A DNA stretch of 64,000 nucleotides from Mobula hypostoma (taxonomy: Eukaryota), in NCBI RefSeq assembly GCF_963921235.1, contig NC_086097.1, positions 83,826,001 to 83,890,000 of the forward strand, given 5' to 3'. The notes beneath the pieces were generated by a model. The model saw only the letters and a list, made by a program, of their open reading frames with translations, did no database searches and was not told where the DNA came from. Position numbers and translations under genes: made by a program. Numbering within the stretch: the first letter of the stretch is position 1; each line of letters opens with the position of its first letter. Shown piece after piece: positions 1-12,961 of this stretch.

Positions 1-534
1 ACCATGCCAATCACTGAAAGTTCAGAGGCAAAAATAAATGAAACTAGCATAAATAAATAGAAAAATAAACATGATCAGGGCAAGGCAAGGGGAGCTGGTG
101 GGGCTGAGTTCATCTGAAACCAAAAGAGGAATCTCTTCATGAAGACACGGCAGAGATATTAACTGAGAACTTTATTACATCCTCACCTGGAAGATGGAGC
201 TGGAATCTCACCAAAGAAAGATGTAGTAAAGACTGGTTGGATTGGAAAGTGATTTTAAACAAAGGACGTTTCCACAGAGGTTAGCTGCACTTAATATGAC
301 CCGGTCCTAGGTTGCTGCAGAACTAAAAAAGAGAATTACAAAGGCCCTGACCATAATCTTGCAAGCAACTGTAGAATCAAGAGTTGTACCCAAGTACAGA
401 AAAGTTGCAAATATAATGTTGTTCAAATAAAATGGGATACGGATAGATCCAACAAATATCGTTTAGTTTGACCTCTGTAGTGGGAAAGTTCTAGACACAA
501 TAATCAGAGACAGAATTGTCAGTCACTTGGACCA

Positions 535-733
535 ATATGAAAATAAAATGCAGGAAATATGAGACAAAAATAGGAAAAGGCAAGCCAGGCAGTATCTGAA
601 GAAAGAGAAACTGAGTTAACGTTTCAGGCTGTAGACCGGATGTCAGGGTCTTTGACCTGAAACGTTCACTCTGTTTCTCTTTCCACAGATGCTGCCTGAT
701 CTGCTGAGTGTTTCCAGGGTTTCCTGTTTTCAT
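535..733. mobile_element. Palindromic element made of two inverted Penelope-like terminal segments, with a 9-bp target duplication
   Basis: Inverted arms aggcagtatctgaagaaagagaaactgagttaacgtttcagg / cctgaaacgttcactctgtttctctttccacagatgctgcct; cttggacca at 526-534 and 734-742. Confidence 0.65.
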
Positions 734-1504
734 CTTGGACCAGAGTGCATTGAATAAGGAAAGCAAGTATGGATTTGTTGAAGACAAGTCATGGCTAACT
801 AACTTGGTAGAGATTTAGCTGATATGACGCAGATGTTGTGGATGTGCTTTATACCAAATTCAAAATATTTAAATGGGCTATTAACAGATTTATTATCAAA
901 TTATAGGGCCTGAAATAATGGGGACTATTGCATTGATAGAAAGTGGATTGAGCTGCAGGAAATGGAGAATAGGAAAGAAATTTGCTTTTCCAACCGGAGG
1001 GAAGTGTACAGCAGAGTACCCTGGGATTCAGTGTTAGGAATACTATTGTTTTCTTAATGCATAGTAACGACGTGGAGTTGGGTGTTCAGGCGGAATTTCC
1101 AAACCTGCAGATAACACAAAGAAGAGTGAGTGGTAAACTATGAGGAGGATGGTATTAAGGCGATGCAGGCAGGCTTATGGAATGTCTAGAAGATAAAGTT
1201 GAATACTGAGAAATGTAAAATGCAATGCTTTAGTAGAAAGAGTGGGAAGAGCAAATAAAATAAATGAAGGAATACTAATCTGAAAGAGTACAAGAACAGA
1301 AATATGGAGGCAAAGGCTAAGTGGCAGAGGAAGTCAAGAAAGTGGCAAAAGTCATATAGATTACTAGACTTCAGAAACATAGGCATAAGAAAGCAAGATA
1401 CAGAAATTTGAGCAGCTTCTATAATTAAACTGTTTCATCCACACATGGAGTATTGTGATCTATTTCCACCACATTTTAGGAGGACATAAAAAGCTTGGGA
1501 GAGG

Positions 1505-1780
1505 TTTGATAGTGCAGCGTTATTAGAGCCCAGCACCTCAGAGTTCAGAGTTAATTCCAACGTCATCTGTAAGGAGCCTACACATCATCCCCAAGGAATG
1601 AGTGGGATTTCTCTGGGGGCTCCAGTTTCCTCCCACAGTCTAAAGACGTACTGGTTAGTAGGTTAGTCAGTCATTGTAAATTGTCGCATGGTTAGGCCAG
1701 GGTTAAATTAGGGGTTACTGAGCATTGCGGCTCAAAAGACCAAAAGAGCCGATTCCGCACTGTATCTCAATAAATAAATC
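1505..1780 (+). mobile_element. V-domain SINE (HE1-like)
   Basis: V-domain core gtgggatttctctgggggctccagtttcctcccacagtctaaagacgtactggttagtaggtt; (AATA)n tail. Confidence 0.7.
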
Positions 1781-4601
1781 AATCCCCGGAATGCGGGGCT
1801 GTGTTATGCAGATAAACTGGTGAATATGGGGTCGTTCTCCTCAAAATAGAGAAGGATGTGCACAAATCTGATAGATGCATTTAAAACCATTAGGAATACA
1901 GAGAGAAATGTTGAAAGAAGATGTCCCCATTGGCAGAGTCACAACTAAGGGACATAAAATGAAAGTCACTGACAGAAAATGCAAGAGGGGCAAGAGTACA
2001 TCCAAGAGGGGTTGGGGTTTGGAACAACTGTAGTGTTCCAAATGGCGTAGGGTAAGTATCTAAAAGGATAACATTTGTAGGGTTATGGGGAGTGGGTGGG
2101 AATGGAGGTAGCTGACTTATTCTTGCATGCAGCCAGTATGGTCTTGTCATGCAGAGTGGCCTCATTCCAAGCTGTCAACTTTCTGTTAATACGTGTAATT
2201 TATGTGTAATTCTGGGGTTTTTTTTAGTATCTCTCAGCCACTCCTATGTTCCAAAAATCTCTTTCTGATTCCTATCATAATTGGTTTGAAAACATTGTGG
2301 GATTAATATTTCTGGCAATCCATCATTCCAATCAGATTTAATTAGGCATCTTTTGAAATGCAGGCAGACAGTCCTTTCATTGGAGAAAATTTTGGCAGAT
2401 TTCTCTGTATGAATTTTCTGCTTTCTGATGTAAAATCCAATGACTCATTTAATATCCCTGCAAATGAGTTTGTTGTGCAGCAGTACCACGTACTTGCAGT
2501 TTCAATCTATTTATATGCCCTAACTTTCAAGCAGGGTATTAGGAATCCCTTTCTGAAGGCCGACAATGGTACTTCCAGCCATGACTGTAATGCCACAACA
2601 TTGTTTCAATGTGGAGAGACAGAGCATGTTTTCCATCAGTTTCATATGGCTTTATACAGATCACATCTCCCTGCCTTGCACACCTGGTCAACCAACTCCC
2701 AGTCCAATAAATCACTTATCATCAGCTTCAAACAAGGGGCTGGTTTTGTTTTGAATGATGATTGACTTCTGTCTATCAATCTAGGTGAGCATTCCCCGAT
2801 CCGATACCATCCTACATGCTGGGGTGATCAGCTTCAAATCTGCCTCACATTTTTCAGCTTTAAGCTCCATCTGCCATCTTTCAGCCCACTCTTCTAACTG
2901 GCCTAAATCTCTCTGCAAGCTTTGACAACCTACTTCATTATCCACAGCTCCACCTACCTTAGTATCATCCGCATACTTACTAATCCAATTTACCACCCCA
3001 TCCTCCAGATCATTAATATATATTACAAACAACATTGGACCCAGTACAGATCCCTAAGGCACACCGCTACACACCGTCCTCCAATATGACACACAGTTAT
3101 CCACTACTACGTTCTGGCGTCTCACATCCAGCCACTGCTGAATCCATTTTACTACTTCAATATTAATGCCTAACGATTGAACCTTCCTAACTAACCTTCC
3201 GTGTGGAACCTTGTCAAAGGCCTTACTGAAGTCCATATAGACAACATCCACCGCTTTACCCTCGTCAACTTTCTTAGTAACCTCATCAAAGTATTCAATA
3301 AGATTTGTCAAACATGATCTTCCACACACAAATCCCTGTTGACTGTTCCTAATCAGACCCTAGCTATCCAGATAATTATATATACCATCTCTAAGAATAC
3401 TTTCCATCAATTTACCCACCACTGACGTCAAACTCACAGGCCGATAATTGCTAGGTTTACTCTTAGAACCCTTTTTAAACAATGGAACAACATGAGCAAT
3501 ACGCCAATCCTCCGGCACCATCCCCGTTTCTCATGACATTTGAAATATTTCTGTCAGAGCCCCTGCTATTTCCACACTAACTTCCCTCAGGGTCCTAGGG
3601 AATATCTTGACCGGACCCGCAGACTTATCCACTTCTATATTCCTTAAAAGTACCAGTACTTCCTCTTCTTTAATCTTCATACTTTCCATAACTACCCTTC
3701 TTGTTTCCTTTACCTTACATAATTCAATATCCTTCTCCTTAGTGAATATCGAAGAAAAGAAATTGTTCAAAATCTCCCCCATCTCTTTTGGCTCCGCACA
3801 TAGCCGTCCACGCTGATTCTCTAAGGGACCAATTTTATCCCTCACTCTCCTTTTGCTATTAATATAACTGTAGAAACCCTTTGGATTTATTTTCAACTTA
3901 CTTGCCAAAGCAGCCTCATATCTTCTTTTAGCTTTTCTAATTTCTTTCTTAAGATTCTTCTTACATTCTTTATATTCCTCGAGCACCTCATTAACTCCAA
4001 GCTGCCTATATTTATTGTAGATCCCTCTCTTTTTCCGAACCAAGTTTCCAATATCCCTTGAAAACCATGGCTCTCTCAAACTTTTAACTTCCTTTCAACC
4101 TAACAGGAACATAAAGATTCTGTACCCTCAAAATTTCACCTTTAAATGACCTCCATTTCTCTATTACATCCTTCCCATAAAACAAATTGTCCCAATCCAC
4201 TCCTTCTAAATCCTTTCGCATTTCCTCAAAGTTAGCCTTTCTCCAATCAAAAATTTCAACCCTGGGTCCAGTCCTATCCTTCTCCATAATTATATTGAAA
4301 CTAATGGTATTGTGATCACTGGACCCGAAGTGCTCCCCAACATATACCTCCATCACCTGCCCTATCTCATTCCCTAACAGGAGATGCAACACTGCCCCTT
4401 CTCTAGTTGGTACCTCTATGTATTGCTGCAAAAAACTATCCTGCACACATTTTACAAACTCCAAACCATCCAGCCCTTTTACAGAATAGGCTTCCCAGTT
4501 TATGTGTGGAAAATTAAAATCTCCCACAATCACAACCTTGTGCTTACCACAAATATCTGCTATCTCCTTACAAATTTTCCCCTCCAATTCTCGGTCCCCA
4601 T

Positions 4602-4912
4602 TTTTTTTTTTTAGGTATCCGTTAGTCTCACGAGACCATGGATTTGCGCCTTGGAAGGTTTCCAGGGTGCAGGCCTGGGCAAGGTTGTATGGAAGACCAG
4701 CAGTTGCCCATGCTGCAAGTCTCCCCTCTCCACGCCACTGATGTTGTCCAAGAGAAGGGCACTAGGACCCAGACAGCTTGGCACCAGTGTCGTCGCAGAG
4801 CAATGTGTGGTTAAGTGCCTTGCTCAAGGACACAACGCACTGCCTCAGCTGAGGTTTGAACTAGCAACCTTCAGATCACAAGACCGATGCCTTAACCACT
4901 TGGCCATGGGTT
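4602..4912 (-). mobile_element. tRNA-derived SINE with CORE-like segment and oligo(A) tail, nested in CR1
   Basis: Minus strand: A box TGGCCAAGTGG, B box-like AGTTCAAACC, tgtgtccttgagcaaggcacttaacc; T run at 4601-4612; flanked by 170-bp direct repeat. Confidence 0.8.
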
Positions 4913-5158
4913 CTAAGAGTAAACCTATCTTGCACACATTTTACAAACTCCAAACCATCCAGCCCTTTTACAGAATGGGCTTTCCAGTCTATGTGTGGAA
5001 AATTAAAATCTCCCACAATCACAACCTTGTGCTTACTACAAATATTTGCTATCTCCTTACAAATTTGTTCCTCCAATTCTCGCTCCCCATTAGGTGGTCT
5101 ATAATACACCCCTATAAACGTCACTACACCTTTCCCATTCCTCAATTCCACCCAAATA

Positions 5159-5393
5159 TACTTTTTTACTTTATACTTTATTGTCGCCAAACAATTGATA
5201 CTAGAATGTACAATCATCATAGCGATATTTGATTCTGCGCTTCCCACTCCCTGGATTACAAATCGATAGTAAATATTAAAAATTTAAATTATAAATCATA
5301 AATAGAAAATATATAAATGGAAAGTAAGTTAGTGCAAAAAAACCAAGATTCAGGTCCGGATATTTGGAGGGTACGGCCCAGACCTGGGTCTCC
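5159..5393 (-). mobile_element. Short non-LTR 3' end fragment nested in CR1 (family uncertain)
   Basis: CR1 sequence breaks at cccaaata and resumes at tagcctctctagacgag; minus strand ends AATAAAGTATAAAGTAAAAAAG. Confidence 0.5.
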
Positions 5394-5520
5394 CTAGCCT
5401 CTCTAGACGAGTCCACTAATCTATCCTGCCAGAGCACCGCTGTTAGATTTTCTCTGACAAGCAATGCAACACCTCCCCCCCTTGCCCCTCCTATTCTATC
5501 ACACCTGAAGCAACGAAATC

Positions 5521-5912
5521 TACTTGGAAATCTGATTCGTATTTAAGTATGGATCGTTGGAATAATGAAATGGCTAGTTCTATTCCACTTGAAAAAATTA
5601 CTTGTAATTTAAGAGATAAATATGTAACATTTTTGAATATTTGGCGCCCTTATTTACAAAAGATAGGATGGCATATTTAAGTGCTCCGATAAAGATTTTG
5701 GTTACTTGGGGAAAGTAACGAATAATTATATCAAGTTTATTTTGAATCCCATGGAGCATGTGGAAACCTTCCAATACCCAGGCGGCTCTTTTTTTTTCTC
5801 TTTCTTTCTTTTTAGGTAGGACTATATATTGGGGGGGGGGGAGGGCGGGTGGGTAGATTTTATCTTTTCATGTATTCTTTTTGAAAATTTAATAAAAATT
5901 ATATTTAAAAAA
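5521..5912 (+). mobile_element. 5'-truncated L1-clade insertion with 13-bp target duplication, nested in CR1
   Basis: Encodes TWKSDSYLSMDRWNNEMASSIPLEKITCNLRDKYVTFLNIWRPYLQKIGWHI*, resembling fish L1 ORF2 C-termini; AATAAA plus A tail; aagcaacgaaatc at 5508-5520 and 5913-5925. Confidence 0.75.
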
Positions 5913-6625
5913 AAGCAACGAAATCCTGGAATATTTAGTTGCCAATCACACCCCTCCTGCAACCATGTTTCACTAATAGCTACGACATCATATTTCCAGG
6001 TGTCAATCCATGCTCTAAGCTCATCCACCTTTCTTACAATGCTCCTAGCATTAAAATAGATGCATTTAAGAAACTCTCCACCTTTTACTCTCTGTTTATC
6101 CTTAATGGAGTAAACAACTTTGTTATCTTTTTCTTCCTTCTCCCCTACATTTTTGGTCTGAGTGCTCCCGATCTCTGTCCCCTGCCTATCCTCCCTCACA
6201 CACTGTCTACTAGCTTTCTCTATTTGTGAACTAACCTCCTCTCTCCTAGTCTCTTTAATTTGACTCCCACCCCCCAACCATTCTAGTTTAAAGTCACCTC
6301 AGTAGCCCTCACAATATTAATGAAAATGATGTATTAGTGTATTTTGGACCATATTATTGTATAATATTTCAGTGTGGATTTCTATGACAGCCTAAACTTC
6401 TTGAAAGATGACTCATTTGGTCTTACAGCTTTTTATACATTACACCTCAAATAAACAGTTTATTGAATAAATTATATTCTTGCTGCTGGTTCTGCATAAC
6501 ATCATCTAATACTTTGGTTGAATGCTGCTATGCAAAGCTGCCAATCTGATGTAAAGCTGAAGAATTAAATCAATGCATATGTTACCCCAGGAGGTGAAGA
6601 GAAGTTTATTGAAGAAGGTTGGTGA

Positions 6626-6778
<153 letters not shown>

Positions 6779-8227
6779 TAAATGCAAGTTACTACTGTAG
6801 AATATTACATTTATATTTATGTGTTTGAGCAATTGACTGAAGTTCATACAGTAAATTTGTACTTGGATATGAGAAATAATTCTCAGTGACTATCTGGAAT
6901 GATAATATTGACCTGACAAATGAAAAGAACCATTACAGAAAGAAACCCTTGCTTCCTGGATCATATTATCTGTTCACTGGGCAACCTCAGTGAAGCTTCT
7001 GATCCTGCAGTTATTTAATAGCCTTCCGTAAGTCCATCTTTTCACACCAAGCCAGTTATTGCGAATTCCCCGGTAAAAATGCTTGTGTTCGTGAACATAA
7101 AAGGTGATGCTTTGAGTTAACCACCACCACATGATTCCTGCACTTATAACCACCGCAACCCACTCATTATCACTCTCTACCAACCCTTGCCTACCTCCAG
7201 ATCTGGAGAATATGTGGCAGTAAACATTTTGGCTGTTAGCCTGCCCCTTTACCTCTCCGCAGAAAACCATTTCCAGGTGCTTAGTATGATAAATAAGAGA
7301 TCAGCCTTGTCATATAACACCTGAACAACAAATAAGAGAATGACGGATCCATTATTTACTTTAGAACACATGGTGCACTGTTAGATAAAGGCAGCTGGTG
7401 GTTCAGGACCGATGTGATGTTTTTAATTTAGTTGTTCACCAGATGTGGACCGCAATGTCAATGAGGAGACATTTAAAAGCCCATCCTATTCTGACCTAGG
7501 TGTGGGCAGTTGGAGTTCATCAAAGTATAATCAGCTTCACAATGCCATATGCTGACTCCAGATCACGTTTCACTGTCTTCAGCACAGTAAGCCTACTCTC
7601 AGTCCAAAGTATTTTCTTTCCAGTCAGCCTGTTTGCTGTGCAGACTCTCACATGGCACCATGTTGCAGCATGCTGAAGAGAAGGCAGGAGCATTGCAGAG
7701 GAACACTTACATTCTTACCATTACTGATTCATTTCCCTGCTGCACTAAACTCTGTTTAAATAACCTGAAGGCTGGAGTAGACAAATTTAAATAAAAGCAT
7801 ATTTTTAATAGCTTCGCATCAGGCAAGAACCTGCCGCAAGTAAAAATCTGCTTGGCCCAATTAAACCGACGTGAATTTTGGAATTGGAGCTGACAACATG
7901 TTTTAGCATGGTTTGTGAAAGTATTGCACGAAGCAAGTGTAGTGCCCTGTAAACTTTTAAATAATTTCACTGAAGAGGATGCATATGGAGGCGTAGAGCT
8001 AATTTTGTTGGTGCTGCTGCACACAAGGTACAACTCGTGTGACCTTCTGTTCATTTTGTTTAGCTTTCACCTTACAAAGTGCGTGAAATATACAAGAGCA
8101 AATTCTGCCTTTTCATGAAGCGGTGCTTTGATAATAAGGCTTTACATTCGGTTTCTTTTGTGGCAATCTTGAGGTGTAGTTTTATGCAGGTCTTAAACAG
8201 CAGTGCACAGTATATAATACGTAGCAC

Positions 8228-8485
8228 ATTTAGACCAGAAGACACAGGAGCAGAATTAGGCCATCTGGCTCGTCAAATCCACTCCGCCATTCAATCATGA
8301 CTGATCTTTTTTTCTCCTCCTCAACCCCAGTTCCTGGCCTTCTCCCCATAACCTTTGATGCCATGTCCAATCAAGAACCTATCTATCTCTGCCTTAAATA
8401 CATCCAACAACCTGGCCTCCACAGCTGCATGTGGCAACAAATACCACAAATTCACCACCCTTTGGCTAAAGAAATTTCTCCGCAT
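8228..8485 (-). mobile_element. CR1 3' end fragment
   Basis: Minus ORF 8321..8560 contains MRRNFFSQRVVNLW...FKAEIDRFL, plus CR1 3' UTR. Confidence 0.85.
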
Positions 8486-8581
8486 GGTTTGCTCCGGTAG
8501 ATGGTTCCGACCAGCCTGTGTTGGTGGCACTCTGCACACACTTGGCTTTCTATTGTGCACTTTGAGAGTTCCTTACTACAG

Positions 8582-8583
<2 letters not shown>

Positions 8584-8638
<55 letters not shown>
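8584..8638. repeat. (AC)n microsatellite, about 27 units, followed by CT/CA low-complexity tract
   Basis: Directly visible. Confidence 0.97.
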
Positions 8639-8640
<2 letters not shown>

Positions 8641-9209
8641 CACTCACACACTTTCTCTCTCTCTCACCCTCTCTCACTCTTACTCTTTCATCTGACTCTC
8701 TCACTCTCACTCCTTTGCTTATCACTCACCATTCCCCTGCCCATACTTTCAAAACCCCCTGCTCCCCCACCCGCACTCTCTGCTCCTCTGTTCCCCCGAC
8801 AACACTTGACACTTCCCACCAGCAGTCAGTGTTCCACAGCTCCTTGACAACCTTTGTCACTCCACTGCCCACACTTACCTTGGGGAGCACAAAGCCTTCT
8901 CCAGAACCACAGGCTCTGCCCCAGAAATGCTCAGGCAGACATCCAGGCACTTCCCTCAAGTTTGCTGGCTTTCAAAAATGGGCAAAGCATTAAAGAACCA
9001 CAAAAAAAATCAATAGCACTGATAAGCAAATCAACTATTGAACATGGCAAAGGGAATGAAAACAGCAATACATTTCAAGCAATCATAAATATTAAGCAAT
9101 GAAGAAACCAACAATGAACTACAAATAAATTACCTGAAACCAGCTGATTTCCCTTGAGCCACATTTCTCCATTAAAATTAACAGAATCAATAAATTGGCC
9201 CTGTTGAAG

Positions 9210-9712
9210 CTCAAGTTTATTATCATGGTCATGTAAACCCGGGGATAAATGCCATGAAAATTAACTCCTGGCAGCAGGAGCTCAGTACACTACAAACATG
9301 ATGAAAATATATTACATAAACTTTATATAAATTATACATAATTTATATGACACAACAAACAAAAAAAAAGCATAAATTTATTTGTGTCACTTGAAGGAAA
9401 TGTAATCTGAGGCAGAATTAAATTCACAAACCTGATGGCAGTGAGGGAAAGCTGTTACTGAATCCTTGGGTGTGGATCTTCAATCTCCTGTACCTCCTGC
9501 CTGATGGCAGTCATGTGACGGGGATATAGCCCGGATAGTGGGAGTCCTTGATGATGTCTGTATCCTTCCCAAAACATCACTTCTTGTAGATGTCCTCATT
9601 GCTGGAGAGAGCTGGACCATGGATGGAAATAGCTGAGTCCATCACTCTCTGTCGCTACTTGCGTTCCTGGGCATTGGCGTTTTCATATCAGGCCATGTTG
9701 TAACCAGTCAGT
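9210..9712 (-). mobile_element. Decayed Rex1/Babar-like LINE 3' fragment
   Basis: ctcctgtacctcctgcctgatggcag reads LPSGRRYR on the minus strand; same motif as the fragment near 31370. Confidence 0.6.
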
Positions 9713-12216
9713 TATAAAAATTGTTGTAGTATAGTTCCAACAGGATCATGATATTTTGGAGTAAATGTACAATCTAGTGGTCATGACTCCTAACAGCTAG
9801 GAGCACTGAGTTGAACCAACTTGGACTCTCTCCTTCACAGCAAATTCTCCACTATCAGTTACCAGATCCAAGCTCTGAAAGTTCTGAGCTGCACCTACCA
9901 AGCCAACTGTCCTAAATATAAGGAGCCATAATTTGATGGGACCCACAACCATCACCAACCAGGCATTTAAAGTTAGGCAGCCTGATAAGAAGAAGGTGAA
10001 TAACTAACGGCGGTGCATGACAGCTCCTGTGATACTTAGGAATGTGTCCACAATTGGGACAACTAATTGCATTTCAATATCTGGCAACTTTGAATAGAGC
10101 CAGAGGTGAAGCACTGAAAGGACAATGGGAACTGTGCTGTCAGGTCTCCGGTTTGGAAAATGGATCAGGAATGATACATTTTGAGTCTGATTTTATCCAC
10201 TTTCCTAATAAATCCAGAAAGGATGGCCAGATGTATTGTTCATCTCTTGTTAAGAAGCAGTTCTACTTTGAAGATTTGTTAACTAGTTTATATCTTTATA
10301 AGAACACCAAAAGCAACACCTTCACATCTATCAATATGGGATTTACACTCAATCTGGCTCACTTCTCCACAGATTATAGCTTCTAATGTCTTTTAAAATG
10401 CTATTGGTCATAGAGAGCATCAATCAGATTGGTGATCTGTTGACAAGAAATCAGAATTCACCTGGAATCGTGAATTGAACCAATGCAAATAATGACCGGT
10501 GACTGGCACATGTTGTGATGTTTCATCTGGGACCATTTTACTGAACTGAGTTAGTCAGTTCTTGAGTCAGAATGTGTTGGAGAGAGAGGATTTGAAACCT
10601 CTGCTTGTAAGTTTTGTTTTCATCATGCTTCATTTAAATTGTCAAACACAAACGCCTTATCAGACAAAACTGACGTTAAGCACATGATGTCTAGTAAAGT
10701 GTGCCTGTTTATCAGTTGAGAATCCTTGCATCATTGTGGATTGTCCTAACTACTTATTACTTTGAAATAGAAAACAAGCTATTGTCAGACTCACCTTAAC
10801 ACATTGGCTACCAGAAATTAGTTTCTGCACTAAAAAGCAACAGATACAAGATGGGTCACTAAATTACTATGGTGCATGAATAGAAGTTTTGATTGCTTCC
10901 AAGTACTAAAAGCAATTTAAAAACCAATGCAAGTTCTGATGTTCTTAAGCTAATTTCTCCAGGTACTGGTTATTCTCCGTCATCACTGAGATGGACAGAA
11001 CCCATCGCTCTTTGTTGGAGCATAAAACTATATCAGGTTTAAACAACATGTAGGTAGCTATAGAGGTCACTAAGCACACGGTCTTTCTCAATTTATTGGA
11101 AGTGCAGTCCAATCTTACATCCTTCCCCTTGTCCCAGGGACCTGCACCCTTCTCCAAGTGAAGCATACATGCAAATTTTGAATGCAGCGAGTGCAGTAAC
11201 TGAATCACCACTATGGATAACTGTATCAGTAAGGGTACAGAACCTTATTATTGGGCAATTAACTCATTAATATGCATGTTGTACTAATGCTATGGAGTTC
11301 AAAACATTGACAGCCCCCGGGGAATTTAAATTAGGTTTAATAATTATATTCAAAATAAAAACTAATTATTTCTACTGGCGACAAGATTCTGCTGATAAAC
11401 CCATTGATTTCAATGACGCCCTGGTCTGCCCAGGTGCACGTCATTGTGGTTGATTTAGTTGTCGCAACAAGCCAATCATTCTAGGGTAGTAAATAATGGA
11501 CCTGTAAAAAGGGAAAAAAGGAAACAATCCATTTCAGACAGTGGGCTCTTCACCACTCACTGTATTTAAAGAAAAAAGTTCACTTCTTACCTTGGCCTAC
11601 TGCTTCCATTGTGAATTATCTTTAGTTGCTGCATTGACATGTCTCATGATTTAGAACACCCCTGTTAAATTTCTCTTTTGGCGGTCCTATGATTTACTCA
11701 TTGGTTCATCAGCTCGTATTGTCCTGACATGAGATTGCCTGAGGCAGTGTACAGCAATAAGCCAGCTGGCAGTACAGATTCTAGCATACTTCCCACTGCC
11801 CCAGGCGGGCAGAACTGGGGATGACTCTGCAGACTTTGCTCCAGTACTTTCAGATTTTGAATTCCAGTGTTGATATTTTCATGAACTGTCTTCAGAGTAA
11901 CTGTCAAGTATGAAAGAAGATCGAAGAATCAGAGCACTGTACAAGTCAAAACCAATTTGGAAGCAGTGTTAAGAGTTTATATATGAAGTGTGCCTTCAAC
12001 TGTGTATTGATCATGTATTTGAATTTCTGGTCTGAGAATGATTCAAAAAGGAGAGACTGTTTCATATGTCACATATACATCTGTACTTACCCATTCCAAT
12101 CAGTCCCATTTCCTGTAACTCTGTAACATCTTTTCCTGATCAGTTGTCTTTCTCTTACTTTAACCCAGTTGTGATCACTTTTCCCATCCCAGGAAATGTA
12201 AATAAAATGGTTATAT

Positions 12217-12638
12217 ATGCATTACTGCACAGAAGTCCCAGGCACATGTAAAAATATTCTGTAAAGCAAAGAATGCTTTCAAAAATAATGAAATGAAAAG
12301 TTTCAAAATATCAGAAAATTCACTTTAAAGAGCAGTAAACAGTAAAAAATTAAATCAAATCAATATTTGGTGTGACCACCCTTTGCATTTAAAATGACAT
12401 CAATTCTCTTAGGTATCCTGCCGTGCTGTTTTATAAGAAAATCAGCTGTAGATTGTTCCAAGCATCTTGGAGAACTTGCCACAGTTCTTCTGCAGACTTT
12501 AGCTGTCTTGCTTGCTTCTTTCTCTGCAGGTAGTCCCAGACAGCCTCAATGATATTGAGATCAGGGCTGTGTGGATGCCCTACCATCTGAAACCATATAA
12601 AAAACCTAGGGTGCCCAAGACTGTGGTACGATACTGTA
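12217..12638 (-). mobile_element. Internally deleted Tc1/mariner DNA transposon
   Basis: Degenerate TIRs (actgcacagaagtcccaggcac / gtgcccaagactgtggtacgatactgta); minus strand near 12520-12590 encodes HSPDLNIIEAVWDYL, the Tc1 SPDLNPIE motif. Confidence 0.8.
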
Positions 12639-12709
12639 CTTTAGACATCTCTGTTTACTGAATTGGATAAACTCATCACAATGACAGCATTGAATACTGC
12701 ACTTTCTAA

Positions 12710-12961
<252 letters not shown>

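Larger units (their letters stand above)
140..2175 (+). mobile_element. Old, heavily decayed CR1-type LINE (RT region to 3' end), interrupted by two insertions
   Basis: Recognisable at nucleotide level from RT segments also seen in younger CR1 copies here (ggatttgttgaagacaagtcatggctaactaacttg, ctgcagataacacaaag, ggagtattgtg); no long ORF. Confidence 0.6.
2838..6300 (-). mobile_element. CR1-type LINE, fragmented ORF2 (APE endonuclease + RT), 3' end missing, three nested insertions
   Basis: Minus ORFs 5822..6277 (YFNARSIVRK, VVAISETWL), 4876..5247 and 4084..4587 (GDFNFPHI, SDHN), 3531..4079, 3054..3329 (MDFSKAFDKVPH), 2781..3035 (SKYADD). Confidence 0.9.

Noticed and set aside
8355..8993. 212-aa ORF
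   Set aside because: Spans an antisense CR1 fragment, the (AC)n repeat and low-complexity sequence.
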